Notes: generated from the letters alone by a model not told the origin. Shown: positions 29,525-39,794, numbered from the stretch's first letter. The stretch is DNA of 64,000 bases from Dehalococcoidia bacterium (GCA_030740155.1 JASLXV010000041.1:1-64000); one strand, 5' to 3'. Program-made: numbers and translations.

Positions 29525-29649
29525 GCTGCGAGCTCGGAAGCGGGTATACAAGATTGATCCTAGGAACCGATAATGAGAGTCGGGTCCTTCCTGCCTCCGG
29601 CTGGTCCAGCGTCGAGCCCGGAGTCGATTGTTCAAGCGGCCAAACGCGC

Positions 29650-29857
29650 CGAGCCAAATTCAACGTGACCGGGCCAGCCCCTGGGGGACGGGCGCGGGAT
29701 TTTCTATGGCTCGCTGGGCGAGATGAAGTCGGATATCCAAGCCACCAGGGCCCTCGGCGCGGACGAGTTGTGTTTCGACCCAACGTTCTCGCCCGACGGC
29801 GTCTCGCTGGAGGGCTTCCTGAAGACCATGGATCAGATGAAGAAGCTGGCATCCTAG
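29650..29857 (+). pseudogene. Probable 3' remnant of a luciferase-like (LLM) oxidoreductase gene
   Basis: Start-less frame QPLGDGRGIFYGSLGEMKSDIQATRALGADELCFDPTF...MKKLAS-stop resembles the last LLM barrel segment; frameshift near 29673. Confidence 0.55.
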
Positions 29858-29972
29858 GCACGGCAAGGCCCGGGGCCGAGCGGGCGGAGGTATCCTTTCT
29901 TGTTCCAGGTAAGTTTCGATTCCATCGAGAGTCTCGACGAAGCCGCACCCGTAGACCTTGGGCAGTAGGCTG

Positions 29973-30731
29973 ATGGACCAGCCCGACGACCCGGGCAGAC
30001 AGCCCGTTTTCGAGGCCACGAACGTCGATTTCAGCTACGGCTCGCTGAAGGTCCTTGACGGCCTATCGTTGCAGGTCACCAGGGGTGAGATATTCGGAGT
30101 CCTGGGCGCCAACGGCGCTGGGAAGACGACGCTGATGCGGCTACTGGTGGGCCTGCTGAAGCCGCAGTCCGGCGAGGTCCGCGTGTTCGGTGAGCATCCC
30201 TCGCCGAAGGGTGCGCGGGGCATCGGCTACATGCCCCAGTTGAGTGCGCTCTACCTGGAACTCTCCGCCGAGCAGAATATCGATTTCTTCGCCCGCATGT
30301 ACGGGCTGTCCGATGCGGCGGAGAGACGGGAGGCGGTTCAGAGGGCGATAGACTGGGTAGCGTTGTCGGAGAGGCGTAAGGAGCCGCTCCTTCGCCTCAG
30401 TGGCGGCATGCGGCAGCGGGTCAGCCTCGCCGTCGCCCTGGTGCACAGTCCACCGCTCCTGGTCCTGGACGAGCCCACGGTGGGCCTGGACCCGGAACTT
30501 CGCGCCGGCTTCTGGGACCGTTTCCGCGATATGGCGGCTTCCGCCACAACCTTGATCATCTCCAGTCACACCATGGACGATGCCGCCCACTGTCACCGGC
30601 TGGCGTTCATCCAGGAAGGGCGGGTCATCGCCCAGGGGAGCCCTGGGGAGCTGCGAGCCTCCACCGGAGTTCCAAACGCCAGCCTGGAAGATGCTTTCCT
30701 GCACTTTGTGAGAGGCGGGGTGGCGCCGTGA
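29973..30731 (+). CDS. ABC-2 exporter ATPase
   Basis: GANGAGKTT, LSGGMRQR, LDEPTVGLDP. Confidence 0.93.
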   Translation: MDQPDDPGRQPVFEATNVDFSYGSLKVLDGLSLQVTRGEIFGVLGANGAGKTTLMRLLVGLLKPQSGEVRVFGEHPSPKGARGIGYMPQLSALYLELSAEQNIDFFARMYGLSDAAERREAVQRAIDWVALSERRKEPLLRLSGGMRQRVSLAVALVHSPPLLVLDEPTVGLDPELRAGFWDRFRDMAASATTLIISSHTMDDAAHCHRLAFIQEGRVIAQGSPGELRASTGVPNASLEDAFLHFVRGGVAP

Positions 30732-31459
30732 ACGCGGACCGCACCATCGCCATCGCGCTGAGGATCGTGAACCAGATCGTGCGCGACCGCCGGTCCATCG
30801 CCCTGATAATCGTCGCCCCGATCGTCGTGATGTCCCTGGTGGGATTCAGCTTTGCCGACCAGCGTGGCGTCCTAGACCGGGTCGCGCCCGCCCTCATCGG
30901 CGTCTTCGCGATGTTCTTCACCTTCATCCTGACCGGTGTGAGCTTCCTTCGGGAGCGGGCCCAGGGCACCCTGGAGCGGCTGCTGACCACCCCGGTGAGC
31001 CGGGCGGACATCCTGGTGGGCTACATGATCGGTTTTCTGCTGTTTGCGTCCCTGCAATCGCTGGTCATACTCCTGTTCACCATATTCGCACTGCAGATCG
31101 AATACCAAGGCGCGCTTTGGCAGATATTCGTGCTGCTCATGGTGCTCACCGTCGTCGCCGTGAGCCTGGGTATATTCATCTCGACCTTCGCCAGGAACGA
31201 GTTCCAGGTGGTGCAGTTCATTCCCATTGTGCTGTCGCCCCAGATATTTCTCTCCGGAGTCATCCTGCCCGTCGAGGAACTCCCCGGCTACTTCCAGGCC
31301 GTATCCAAGGTGCTGCCGCTGACCTACGCCGTGGAAGGCCTCAGGGAGATCATGCTGACGGGGGAGACCCTCGCCGGGGTGTGGCGGGAGATGGCGGTGT
31401 TGGGGGGCTACGCCGTGGCGCTACTGGCACTGGCGGCGGCAACGGTCCGGCGGACCTAG
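30728..31459 (+). CDS. ABC-2 exporter permease
   Basis: RERAQGTLERLLTTP, ARNEFQVVQFIP, PLTYAV; six hydrophobic segments. Confidence 0.93.
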   Translation: MNADRTIAIALRIVNQIVRDRRSIALIIVAPIVVMSLVGFSFADQRGVLDRVAPALIGVFAMFFTFILTGVSFLRERAQGTLERLLTTPVSRADILVGYMIGFLLFASLQSLVILLFTIFALQIEYQGALWQIFVLLMVLTVVAVSLGIFISTFARNEFQVVQFIPIVLSPQIFLSGVILPVEELPGYFQAVSKVLPLTYAVEGLREIMLTGETLAGVWREMAVLGGYAVALLALAAATVRRT

Positions 31460-31573
31460 GCGGGAAGAACCCCCGCGAAGGCTGAGGCGCGGACGAGCCG
31501 TGTTTCCGTCAGACGTTCTCACTCGACCGCATCTCGCTGGAGGTGGGCCATCGACAGCGAGAATCCAGCTTCA

Positions 31574-31708
31574 CCCCCCTTTCTAAAAGGGGGGTTGGGG
31601 GGATTTCGCCACCCCAGAAAATGGTTCGACAGGCTCACCACGAACGGAGGGGCTCGCCACGAACGGAGGCGGGAGCGCCCTATACGTCCGTCATGAGCCT
31701 GTCGAAAG
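31574..31708. repeat. Cluster of REP-like palindromes
   Basis: CCCCCTTTCTAAAAGGGGG plus TGGTTCGACAGGCTCACCACGAACGG and inverted partner GAGCCTGTCGAA; relatives at 20775, 48152, 48195, 51977, 52014. Confidence 0.8.
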
Positions 31709-31742
31709 ATAGTCCTCTCCGGGCCGCGTTGCCGTGGGTGGA

Positions 31743-33638
31743 TTATCGCGCCGTGGCAACTTGGGAGGAAACCCAGCCGATGCCGAGTTCCACCAGCTTC
31801 TCCTCGGTTGGCGCTCCGGTCTCCGGGTCCCAGCCCATCATTTCGTAGAAGGTGTGGATGGCCCGTTCCATCTCCCCCGGGTCGATGGCGGTGTTCTTGA
31901 GGGCGCCTCGGGGTGTGGGGGAGAAGAACCGCTTGGGGAGGGCGTCGTCGGCCGCGGTGAGCCCTTCGCGCAGGTTGAAGGCCCGGCCCATGGTCGCCAC
32001 GCGCTCACCCACCTTGAGCGCTTCGACTGCCGAGAACTCCCAGCCGGTCATCGCCCGCAGCATATCCACCTGCTGGTGGAGGGTCCAGGGCACGAAGTGA
32101 CACATCACCAGGGAGTCCCCGAACATCCGCCACAGGTGTTGGCTCTTCACCATGGCCACTTTGGCCACGCTGAGGTCGGTCGCCGGCAGGGGATCCATGA
32201 CGCCTAGCTGGCGCACCAGGTCCATCCCGGGGCCCTCTTTGGTGAACATTGTATCGTGGAGGCCCGCCATGTGGTCGGCGCCGTGGGCAGCCACCGAATA
32301 GATGAGGCCGAGGCCCTGTTTCAACCGGGGCTCGTGCATCCCGAATTCGAGGCCCTTGACTTGCATCGCGTACTCTTCGGCGCCGCGGCCGATGCGTTGG
32401 GCGGCCTTCTTGCTCCCATCGGCCAGAAGGTCACCGATGCCCTCCCGGGTGTTGATCAGGTCGAGCACCTGAAGCATGGCCTCGGCGTTGCCGAAGCGGA
32501 GATCGATCCCGCCGGTGTCTTCGAGGGTGAGAATCTCCTTCTCGAAGCACTCCATGGCGAAGGCGATGGCGCCGCCGGCGGAGATGGTGTCCAGCGAGTA
32601 CAGGCTGCAGAGTTCGTTGCCGCGGCAGATGGCGTCCAGGTCGTCGATCCCCAGGAACGAGCCCAGGGCGGCCAGCGTCTCGTATTCCGGGCCGCCGTTC
32701 CGGCGGTCGACCTTGTAGGACGCGTTCTCCAGCTCCACTACCTTCTTGCAGCGGATCTGGCAGGCGGGGCACGCGTCCATGCCGACCCTCACCGTTTCCT
32801 TGATGGTGTCCGCGGTGATCTTCTCGACTTCATCGAAGGAGCCATCGCCCCAGTTGCGCACCGGGAGGTTGCCGATCGAGTTTCCGCCCACCATGTTCGC
32901 GGCCGACCCGGTGCCCAGCTCGTGAAAGGCGCCCGCCCCGCCGATGTTCATATAGTTGTGGTTCATGTACAGGGCTTTCTCTCGGAGTTCGCCGGGGTTG
33001 GCCGGCTTCGGTGCGTTCCGTCCCTTCACGGCCACCAGTTTCAGGTTCTTGGACCCCATCACCGCTCCCAGGCCGCCCCGTCCCGCCGCGTTGCGCAGGT
33101 CGGTGATGATGCATGAGACGGCGGCCATCTTCTCCCCGGCCTGCCCGATGGTCGCGGTACGGACATTTCGCTCGCCCAACTCCGCTTCGAGGGCATCCTG
33201 AGCGTCCATGACGGTCATTCCCCAGAGGGCGGAGGCGTCCCTGATCTCCACCTCTCCGCCGTGGAGCCAGAGGTACACCGGAGAGTCGGCCCGGCCCTCG
33301 ACGATGAGGGAGTCGTAACCGGCGCGTTTCAGCTCGAAGCCAAAAAAGCCTCCGACCTCGCTCTTGGCCATCCCGCCGGTCAACGGTGACTTTGCTCCGA
33401 TACAGTTGCGCGCCCCTCCGGGCACCGGCGCACCGGTCATGGGGCCGAGGGCGAAGATGAGGATGTTACCCGGCGAGAGTGCGTCGGTGCCGGGCTCCAT
33501 CTCATTCAACAGGTAGTAGCCCACAAACCCGGCGCCGCCGAGATACCTTCGGTAGAAAAGCTCATCCGGTTCATCCACGGAAACCCGGCGGTCGGTCAGG
33601 TTGACCCTCAATATCTTGCCGGTGATGCCCTGTACCAT
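31743..33638 (-). CDS. aor: Second tungsten aldehyde:ferredoxin oxidoreductase
   Basis: GKILRVNL, YLGGAG, KSPLTGG, GRGGLGAVMGSK, CPACQIRC, GPEYET, GADH. Confidence 0.95.
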   Translation of the reverse strand: MVQGITGKILRVNLTDRRVSVDEPDELFYRRYLGGAGFVGYYLLNEMEPGTDALSPGNILIFALGPMTGAPVPGGARNCIGAKSPLTGGMAKSEVGGFFGFELKRAGYDSLIVEGRADSPVYLWLHGGEVEIRDASALWGMTVMDAQDALEAELGERNVRTATIGQAGEKMAAVSCIITDLRNAAGRGGLGAVMGSKNLKLVAVKGRNAPKPANPGELREKALYMNHNYMNIGGAGAFHELGTGSAANMVGGNSIGNLPVRNWGDGSFDEVEKITADTIKETVRVGMDACPACQIRCKKVVELENASYKVDRRNGGPEYETLAALGSFLGIDDLDAICRGNELCSLYSLDTISAGGAIAFAMECFEKEILTLEDTGGIDLRFGNAEAMLQVLDLINTREGIGDLLADGSKKAAQRIGRGAEEYAMQVKGLEFGMHEPRLKQGLGLIYSVAAHGADHMAGLHDTMFTKEGPGMDLVRQLGVMDPLPATDLSVAKVAMVKSQHLWRMFGDSLVMCHFVPWTLHQQVDMLRAMTGWEFSAVEALKVGERVATMGRAFNLREGLTAADDALPKRFFSPTPRGALKNTAIDPGEMERAIHTFYEMMGWDPETGAPTEEKLVELGIGWVSSQVATAR

Positions 33639-33671
33639 TGCGTACCCTCCTCTGGCTAGCTAGCGGATGGT

Positions 33672-33908
33672 CTAACTCCCCCCCGAGATGGGAGGGAAGA
33701 CGAGAATCAGAGACCCCTCGGACACCTGGTCGGAGGGATCGGCAAGCGTTCCGTTCAGGCTGGCATTCCAGGGCTGGTCCACCTGGACGCCCACTTTGCG
33801 CAGCACCTCTAGGACCGTGGCGTTTTGCTCGATATCCACGTCTACCTTACGTCGCTCGTCCGCGACCAGACCCTTCTTCAATCCGTACGTCTCTACGGTT
33901 ACCCGCAT
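33672..33908 (-). CDS. MoaD/ThiS-family protein ending GG-S
   Basis: MRVTVETYG...VFPPISGGS; directly upstream of the second aor. Confidence 0.85.
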   Translation of the reverse strand: MRVTVETYGLKKGLVADERRKVDVDIEQNATVLEVLRKVGVQVDQPWNASLNGTLADPSDQVSEGSLILVFPPISGGS

Positions 33909-33944
33909 TCTAGAACACCAGTCCAAGAATTTGCGTCAGCCTCA

Positions 33945-33973
33945 ATTATCGAGACCGGCGTTGATTGTGTCAA
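33945..33973 (-). promoter_or_regulatory. sigma70-type promoter for moaD-like/aor
   Basis: Minus strand TTGACA-17 nt-GATAAT. Confidence 0.6.
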
Positions 33974-34172
33974 ATATCCGTTTACGATCCCGCATCTAGG
34001 ACATCGATGCCTGGCCGCGGCGCGGTGGATTCCGGAGTAGCGAAAGTATATGATTACCTGGCGGAGGCCCTCTTCTCGTTGCCCGTCGATCGACCTCGGT
34101 CCCGTTGGATCACGGGCGGCCGGAGACCCGAGGGGCGATGCCACTGCCCGCTATCTGGCCGGAGGATAAACC

Positions 34173-35405
34173 TTGCCGGAGCTATTTAACGTCGTTACGC
34201 CGGAAGAAGCGAGACGGATCTTCTTTGGCCACCTCAGCCCCAACGCCACGCTGGAGAGGGTGGCCGTGGCCGATGCCCTGGACCGGATCACCCGCCGGGA
34301 CGTGCATTCGCCCTCGGACCTGCCCGCTTTTTCCCGCTCCACCATGGACGGGTACGCCGTCCGGGCGGCGGATACCTACGGCGCGACGGAGGGGATCCCC
34401 GCCTATCTCGACGTGATCGGCGAGGTACTCATGGGACGGCAGGCGGAGGTCACCGTATCCGCCGGCCAGGCCGCCATCGAGCACACGGGGGGCATGCTGC
34501 CCGCCGGGGCCGATGCGGTCGTCATGGTGGAGAACACCCAGCAGGTAGACGCCGCGACCATCGAGGTTGTCCGGCCCGTGGCCCCGGGAGAAAACGTCAT
34601 TCAGGTGGGGGAAGACCTGCGGCGGGGAGACCTGCTGGTGCCGGCGGGCCGCTGGCTGCGGCCCCAAGACCTGGGCGGCCTGATGGGCGCCGGTGTAACC
34701 GAGATCGACGTGGCGCCCCGTCCGTTGGTGGCGGTCATCTCCACCGGAGATGAGATCGTGCCACCGGAAGAAGAGATCGGTCCGGGCCAGGTCCGGGACA
34801 TCAACACCCACACCCTCTCGGCGCAGATCAGGCAGGCGGGCGGTGTTCCCTGGTCACTGGGCATTATCCCCGACAACCGGAAGGCGCTGACGGAAGCAGC
34901 CGAGCGGGCGCTGCAGGGCGCGGACGTGGTGATAGTCACCGCCGGCAGCTCGGTGAGCGTCCGGGACCTTACCGCCGGGGTCATCGCCGGCCTGGGTGAG
35001 CCGGGCATCCTGGTCCACGGCGTGGCCACCCGGCCGGGCAAGCCGACGATTCTGGCGGTCGCGGCGGGGAAACCCGTGATCGGCCTGCCGGGCAACCCGG
35101 TTTCCGCGATGGTGATCTTCGACTTGCTGGTCGCACCGGCCCTGTATCTGCTCGCCGGGTCCTCCAATCCTCCGGCCCGGCCCACCGTGGAAGCCTTTCT
35201 GGCGCGGAACGTGGCATCCACCACCGGCCGCGAAGATTACGTGCAGGTGAGGGTTGAAGAGCGCGACGGACAGCGGTGGGCGGTGCCGGTTTTCGGGGAG
35301 TCGAACTTGATAATGACGATGATCAAGGCGGACGGCACGGTGCAGGTCCCCCTGGACAAACATGGATTGCCGGAGGGGGAACGGGTTACCGTCACCCTTT
35401 TCTGA
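34173..35405 (+). CDS. moeA: Molybdopterin/tungstopterin metal insertase MoeA
   Basis: PAFSRSTMDGYAV, TGGMLP.GADAVVM.E, STGDE, PGKPT, GLPGNP. Confidence 0.95.
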   Translation: MPELFNVVTPEEARRIFFGHLSPNATLERVAVADALDRITRRDVHSPSDLPAFSRSTMDGYAVRAADTYGATEGIPAYLDVIGEVLMGRQAEVTVSAGQAAIEHTGGMLPAGADAVVMVENTQQVDAATIEVVRPVAPGENVIQVGEDLRRGDLLVPAGRWLRPQDLGGLMGAGVTEIDVAPRPLVAVISTGDEIVPPEEEIGPGQVRDINTHTLSAQIRQAGGVPWSLGIIPDNRKALTEAAERALQGADVVIVTAGSSVSVRDLTAGVIAGLGEPGILVHGVATRPGKPTILAVAAGKPVIGLPGNPVSAMVIFDLLVAPALYLLAGSSNPPARPTVEAFLARNVASTTGREDYVQVRVEERDGQRWAVPVFGESNLIMTMIKADGTVQVPLDKHGLPEGERVTVTLF

Positions 35406-35555
35406 GCCACGGCTTTTGGACCGCTGTTCCTGGCGCGGGCGGCTTAACATAACAGAGGGCTCCACCGGGGGATGAATCCCCCTTTTCCTAAGGTGGACTA
35501 TCCCGGCGGCCTATTCCCCGCACAGCTTGGCAGCAGATTAATGGACCGGTAGGAC

Positions 35556-37487
35556 GTGATGCAACGCAGGGTCTACTTGGAAGACATCCCATTGGACGAG
35601 GCACTGTCCAGGCTTTTCGGCGCACTGGAAGGGACGGGGTCCGCGCGTCCCCTTCCGGCGGAGGAAGTCTCGATAGAGGAGTCGGCGGGGAGGGTTACCG
35701 GCGGGCCGGTTATCGCCAGGACCTCTTCGCCTTTCTATCACTCGGCGGCCATGGACGGGGCCGCGGTACGGGCGGCGGACACCACCGGCGCCACCAAGAC
35801 CTCACCGGTCCGGCTGGCGCTGGGCGGGCAAGCGTCTTGGATCGACACGGGGAATCCCCTTCCCTCCCAATTCAACGCCGTCATCATGATCGAGGACATC
35901 CAGAAGGTTGGCGATGACCAGATTGAAATCATCAACCCGGTAGCCCCGTGGCAGCACGTGCGCCCGCTGGGAGAAGACCTGGTGGCCACCGAGCTGGTGC
36001 TGCCGGAGAACCACGTGGTCCGCGCCACGGACCTGGGCGCCATGGCCTCGGCCGGCCTGAGCGCCGTGCCGGTCCGCCGCCGGCCCCGGGTGGCCATCAT
36101 TCCAACCGGCTCGGAGCTGGTGGCGGTTGGCGAGCCGTTCAAGTCCGGCGACATCATCGAGTCCAACTCCCTGGTCATGGCCCGCCTGGTGACCGAATGG
36201 GGCGGGGCCGCCTACCGGGTTCCCATCGTCCGTGACGAGTTCGAGGCCATCCAGAGCGCGGTCAATGAGGCCCTGGAAACCCACGACGTGGTGGTCTTGA
36301 ATGCCGGGTCATCGGCGGGCTCCCACGACTACACCGCGTCCGTGATCGAGTCCGTTGGCGAGCTGCTGGTCCACGGCATCGCCATCAGGCCGGGGCATCC
36401 GGTGGTCCTGGGCGTGGCGGAAGGCAAGCCGGTAATCGGTATTCCGGGATACCCGGTCTCCTGCGTGCTCACCATGGAGCTGTTGGTCAAGCCCCTCGTG
36501 GAGCGGATGCTGGGAGTGCCCGGCCTGCCGAGGCCCAGCCTATCGGCGGCGATCACTCGCAAGGTGTTCTCGGCACTCGGACAGGACGAGTTCCTGCGGG
36601 TCACCGTGGGCAAAGTTGGGGGCCGCTACGTGGCGACGCCGCTTACCCGGGGAGCCGGCGTCATGATGTCCATGGTGCGGGCCGATGGCATCGTACGGGT
36701 CCCCCGGTTTTCGGAGGGTATCGCCGCCGGAGGACAGGTGGATGTTGAACTCTTTCGCCATCCGCTGCAAATCGACAACACCATCGTGGCCATCGGCAGT
36801 CACGACCTGACCCTGGACCTGCTGGCCAGCGAGTTGCACCGCGTCGACCCTCGGGCCAACCTCTCTTCGTCCAACGTGGGCAGCCTCGGCGGGTTGATGG
36901 CGCTCCAGCGCGGAGAGGCCCATCTGGCGGGCTCGCACCTGCTGGATGAGGAGACGGGGGAATACAACGTATCGTATATCCGGAGGGTGTTGTCCGCCGT
37001 GCCGGTTGTGTTGGTCAACCTGGTCTACCGTCAGCAGGGGCTCCTGGTGGCCGAAGGAAACCCGAAGGGCATCACGAGCCTGAGCGACCTGGCGCGCGGC
37101 GGCGTCTCTTTCATCAATCGCCAACGGGGCTCCGGCACTCGGGTGCTGCTGGACTATGAGTTGCGTCGTGGCGGCATCGACCCCTCATCCATCAACGGCT
37201 ACGAGCGCGAGGAGTACACCCACACCGGCGTGGCGGCCGCGGTGGCCAGCGGGACGGCCGACACGGGCCTGGGGATTCTGGCGGCGGCTCGGGCCCTGGA
37301 TCTCGACTTCGTGCCCCTTTTGAAGGAGCGCTACGACCTGGTTATTCCCCGGGATCAATACGAATCTCCCCTGCTTCAGCCGCTGCTGGAGATCATACGC
37401 GGCGACGGGTTCAAGACGCTGGTCGAGGGGCTCGGCGGCTATGACGCCTCGGAGATGGGCCGGACCATGGCCGAGCTGAATCCCTAG
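35556..37487 (+). CDS. moeA: MoeA fused to C-terminal PBP-like domain
   Basis: SAAMDG.AV, PTGSE, GIPGYP, then IGSHD, GSLGGL, FINRQRGSGTR. Confidence 0.93.
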   Translation: MMQRRVYLEDIPLDEALSRLFGALEGTGSARPLPAEEVSIEESAGRVTGGPVIARTSSPFYHSAAMDGAAVRAADTTGATKTSPVRLALGGQASWIDTGNPLPSQFNAVIMIEDIQKVGDDQIEIINPVAPWQHVRPLGEDLVATELVLPENHVVRATDLGAMASAGLSAVPVRRRPRVAIIPTGSELVAVGEPFKSGDIIESNSLVMARLVTEWGGAAYRVPIVRDEFEAIQSAVNEALETHDVVVLNAGSSAGSHDYTASVIESVGELLVHGIAIRPGHPVVLGVAEGKPVIGIPGYPVSCVLTMELLVKPLVERMLGVPGLPRPSLSAAITRKVFSALGQDEFLRVTVGKVGGRYVATPLTRGAGVMMSMVRADGIVRVPRFSEGIAAGGQVDVELFRHPLQIDNTIVAIGSHDLTLDLLASELHRVDPRANLSSSNVGSLGGLMALQRGEAHLAGSHLLDEETGEYNVSYIRRVLSAVPVVLVNLVYRQQGLLVAEGNPKGITSLSDLARGGVSFINRQRGSGTRVLLDYELRRGGIDPSSINGYEREEYTHTGVAAAVASGTADTGLGILAAARALDLDFVPLLKERYDLVIPRDQYESPLLQPLLEIIRGDGFKTLVEGLGGYDASEMGRTMAELNP

Positions 37488-37526
37488 ATACCGGCGCCGG
37501 CGATCCCAGCCCCCGGCCACGCGGGG

Positions 37527-38237
37527 CTAAAGCTCAATTCCCTGCTGTTTCGCCCAATCGTACACCTTGGGGAGGTCCGGATCGATGGGCCGCTGTCGAT
37601 AGTACGGCAGCAGAGGGTGGAACTTGTCGAATATCCGGCGCAGGTCCGCCACCGGTTCTGGGTGGTCATCGACCCGCAAAGACATCAGCGGATAGGACTC
37701 GGTCTCATACACGATCAACGCCGCGCTACGTTGGCCCCCGTGCTGTCCTCCGGCGGCGGTGCCCGCCTCGAGTCCATGAAGCAGACGCACCTCCAGGTCT
37801 AGGTCGAAGGAATCCTCCAACGCGGCGGCCATCGCTTTGGCGACGTGCTCGCCCTGCAGGTTGTTGCCCATCGCGATATATCCGTCGCCGATGATGTGTC
37901 CGGCCCAGTCACTGTTGTAACTGCCGGTCCGCGCCAACGCGGTACCCCAACTGTCGATGATGCCCAGCTGCCGCCGCTCGATATGGGGATCGTTGGCCTC
38001 CAGTTCGGACATGACCCGGGTGGCGGTGAATCCCAATCCAAGCAGTTGCAAGCCCAAGGGCCCCAGCCGTGGATCGGAACTCGCTTGGGTCGCGATAGCT
38101 CCGACGTGGGCCTTCACGTTGGGCACTCGGGAGCCCACCGCCATCTCACGGGTGGTCGTCGCGATGCCGAGCCGGCCGGTCCGGCGGCAACGTCCCAGGA
38201 CAGTGAACGTGTTGATCGGGAAACCGGGGTCGAACAT
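37527..38237 (-). CDS. DUF1028 Ntn-hydrolase-like protein
   Basis: TFTVLGRC..TG.LGIA, GAIATQA, RQLGIID, AGGQ..GQRSAAL, LRVDDH..P. Confidence 0.88.
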   Translation of the reverse strand: MFDPGFPINTFTVLGRCRRTGRLGIATTTREMAVGSRVPNVKAHVGAIATQASSDPRLGPLGLQLLGLGFTATRVMSELEANDPHIERRQLGIIDSWGTALARTGSYNSDWAGHIIGDGYIAMGNNLQGEHVAKAMAAALEDSFDLDLEVRLLHGLEAGTAAGGQHGGQRSAALIVYETESYPLMSLRVDDHPEPVADLRRIFDKFHPLLPYYRQRPIDPDLPKVYDWAKQQGIEL

Positions 38238-38459
38238 ATGTAACCTCCGTCGGTCGGAAGACTCCCATCCCCAAGGCTGCACCTACCCAACGCACCCGGC
38301 TACTTTACCATCCCGAACAGCCCCGTCACAGCCTCACCCGCCTCAGGGTAGCTCACCCAAAGTCTCCCTTTATTAAAGGGAGACTTTGAGGGATTTCGCC
38401 CGTCAACCAATTCTCACATTCCCTCCAAGAACCGGTGACACCCATCCCCGGCGGCAAAC

Positions 38460-39794
38460 TCACCGGCCGCCGGAGGCGTCTACCGTCACGGGGCCTGCCT
38501 CCCGGCTGGGAGTCCGGGGCCGGGGAAGGTTCCAGAAGATGAGAGTCGCCGCCAGATACATGGCGACTATGGGGATGAGGGCCCAGTAATAGCTGCCGGA
38601 AGTGTCGAATACCCAGCCGGCAAACACCGGCACGCCCATGGACATGAAGCTATAAACGGTGGTGATCCCGCCCCGGAGGGTGCCGAAGTAGCGGCGGCCA
38701 AAGAAGTCCCCGATCAGGGACCAGGCCAGGCCGCTGACCGCCTCGGGAACAGAGAAGAGCAGGGCGAAGACGGCCAGTTGCCACAGCGACCCTCCGGGTA
38801 TCAGGAGAATTCCCAGACTGACAGCTCCCAGGGCCATGGTGATGCCAACCATTTTCTGCTTGGCCCACTTGTCGCCAAACCAGCCGAGGAGGACCCTGAG
38901 GGGGATCGTGATGAAGGCTACGGAGGCCACGATGAGGGCTCCGGTGGCCTCGGACTGTCCCTTCCACACCATCAAAGGCACCAGGTGCACGAACACCCCG
39001 GTGTGGGCGGAAATCCGAAGGCCCATGGCCAACGCCAGGAGCCAGTAGGCCCGCGTCTTGATCGCCTCTCTCGCGGTGAAATCCACGGTGGTGTAATGGC
39101 GGCGGAACACCGACGACCGGGTGACTGGGACGCCCTCAACGGGGATAGCCTGCGGCTGATCTCCATCCGGCAGCAAGCCCATGCTTTCCGGCGAGTTGCG
39201 TATCACAAAAGCCATGGGAGCCACCAAAGTTAGCAGGGCCACGCCTGAGATCAGGGCGCCGGTCCTCCATCCCAGATTCAGCACTATCAAGGCGACCGCC
39301 GGCGTGATAACAGCGCCGCCTATGGACATGCCCATGGTCGATATGGACATGGCAAGGCCGCTACGTCGAATGAACCACTGGTTGACCGCGGCGAAGATGC
39401 CGTGGTTGAAACCCACGTTCACGCCCAGGGTCACGGCGGCAACGTACACAATCATGAACGTGGTGAAGCTGTGGGTAAAAGACAGCAAAATGAAGCCGAC
39501 GCCGGCCAGAGCGCCGCCGGCGGCTATCATCGTTCGGGGTCCCAGGCGGTCCACCAGATAGCCCGCCAGAGGCCCTTCAATCCCGCCCTCCATCCGGCCC
39601 AGGCCGTAGGCCAAGGAGGTGGCCGCCCGGCTCAGGCCCAGGTCACGGGTCACGGGCAGGAAGTAGATCGAGAAACCGGTCCAGTAGAGGCCTCCCGCCA
39701 GGACATTGAGGGCGCTGCCCGCCGCCACAACCCACCAGCCGTAGAAAATCTTACGTTGTCCCCTGGTGCCGCTGGTGGGTGGCCGGTCCCTCAT
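38460..39794 (-). CDS. MFS transporter
   Basis: IFYGWWVV, GYLVDRLGPR, DFFGRRYFGTLRG. Confidence 0.93.
   Translation of the reverse strand: MRDRPPTSGTRGQRKIFYGWWVVAAGSALNVLAGGLYWTGFSIYFLPVTRDLGLSRAATSLAYGLGRMEGGIEGPLAGYLVDRLGPRTMIAAGGALAGVGFILLSFTHSFTTFMIVYVAAVTLGVNVGFNHGIFAAVNQWFIRRSGLAMSISTMGMSIGGAVITPAVALIVLNLGWRTGALISGVALLTLVAPMAFVIRNSPESMGLLPDGDQPQAIPVEGVPVTRSSVFRRHYTTVDFTAREAIKTRAYWLLALAMGLRISAHTGVFVHLVPLMVWKGQSEATGALIVASVAFITIPLRVLLGWFGDKWAKQKMVGITMALGAVSLGILLIPGGSLWQLAVFALLFSVPEAVSGLAWSLIGDFFGRRYFGTLRGGITTVYSFMSMGVPVFAGWVFDTSGSYYWALIPIVAMYLAATLIFWNLPRPRTPSREAGPVTVDASGGR

Noticed and set aside
33961..33973. FNR-type box TTGAT-TGT-GTCAA
   Set aside because: Spacer is one base short and the sequence is explained by the minus-strand -35 TTGACA
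35480..35520. Moco RNA motif suggested by CCTAAG...CTAT
   Set aside because: Remaining conserved elements not found
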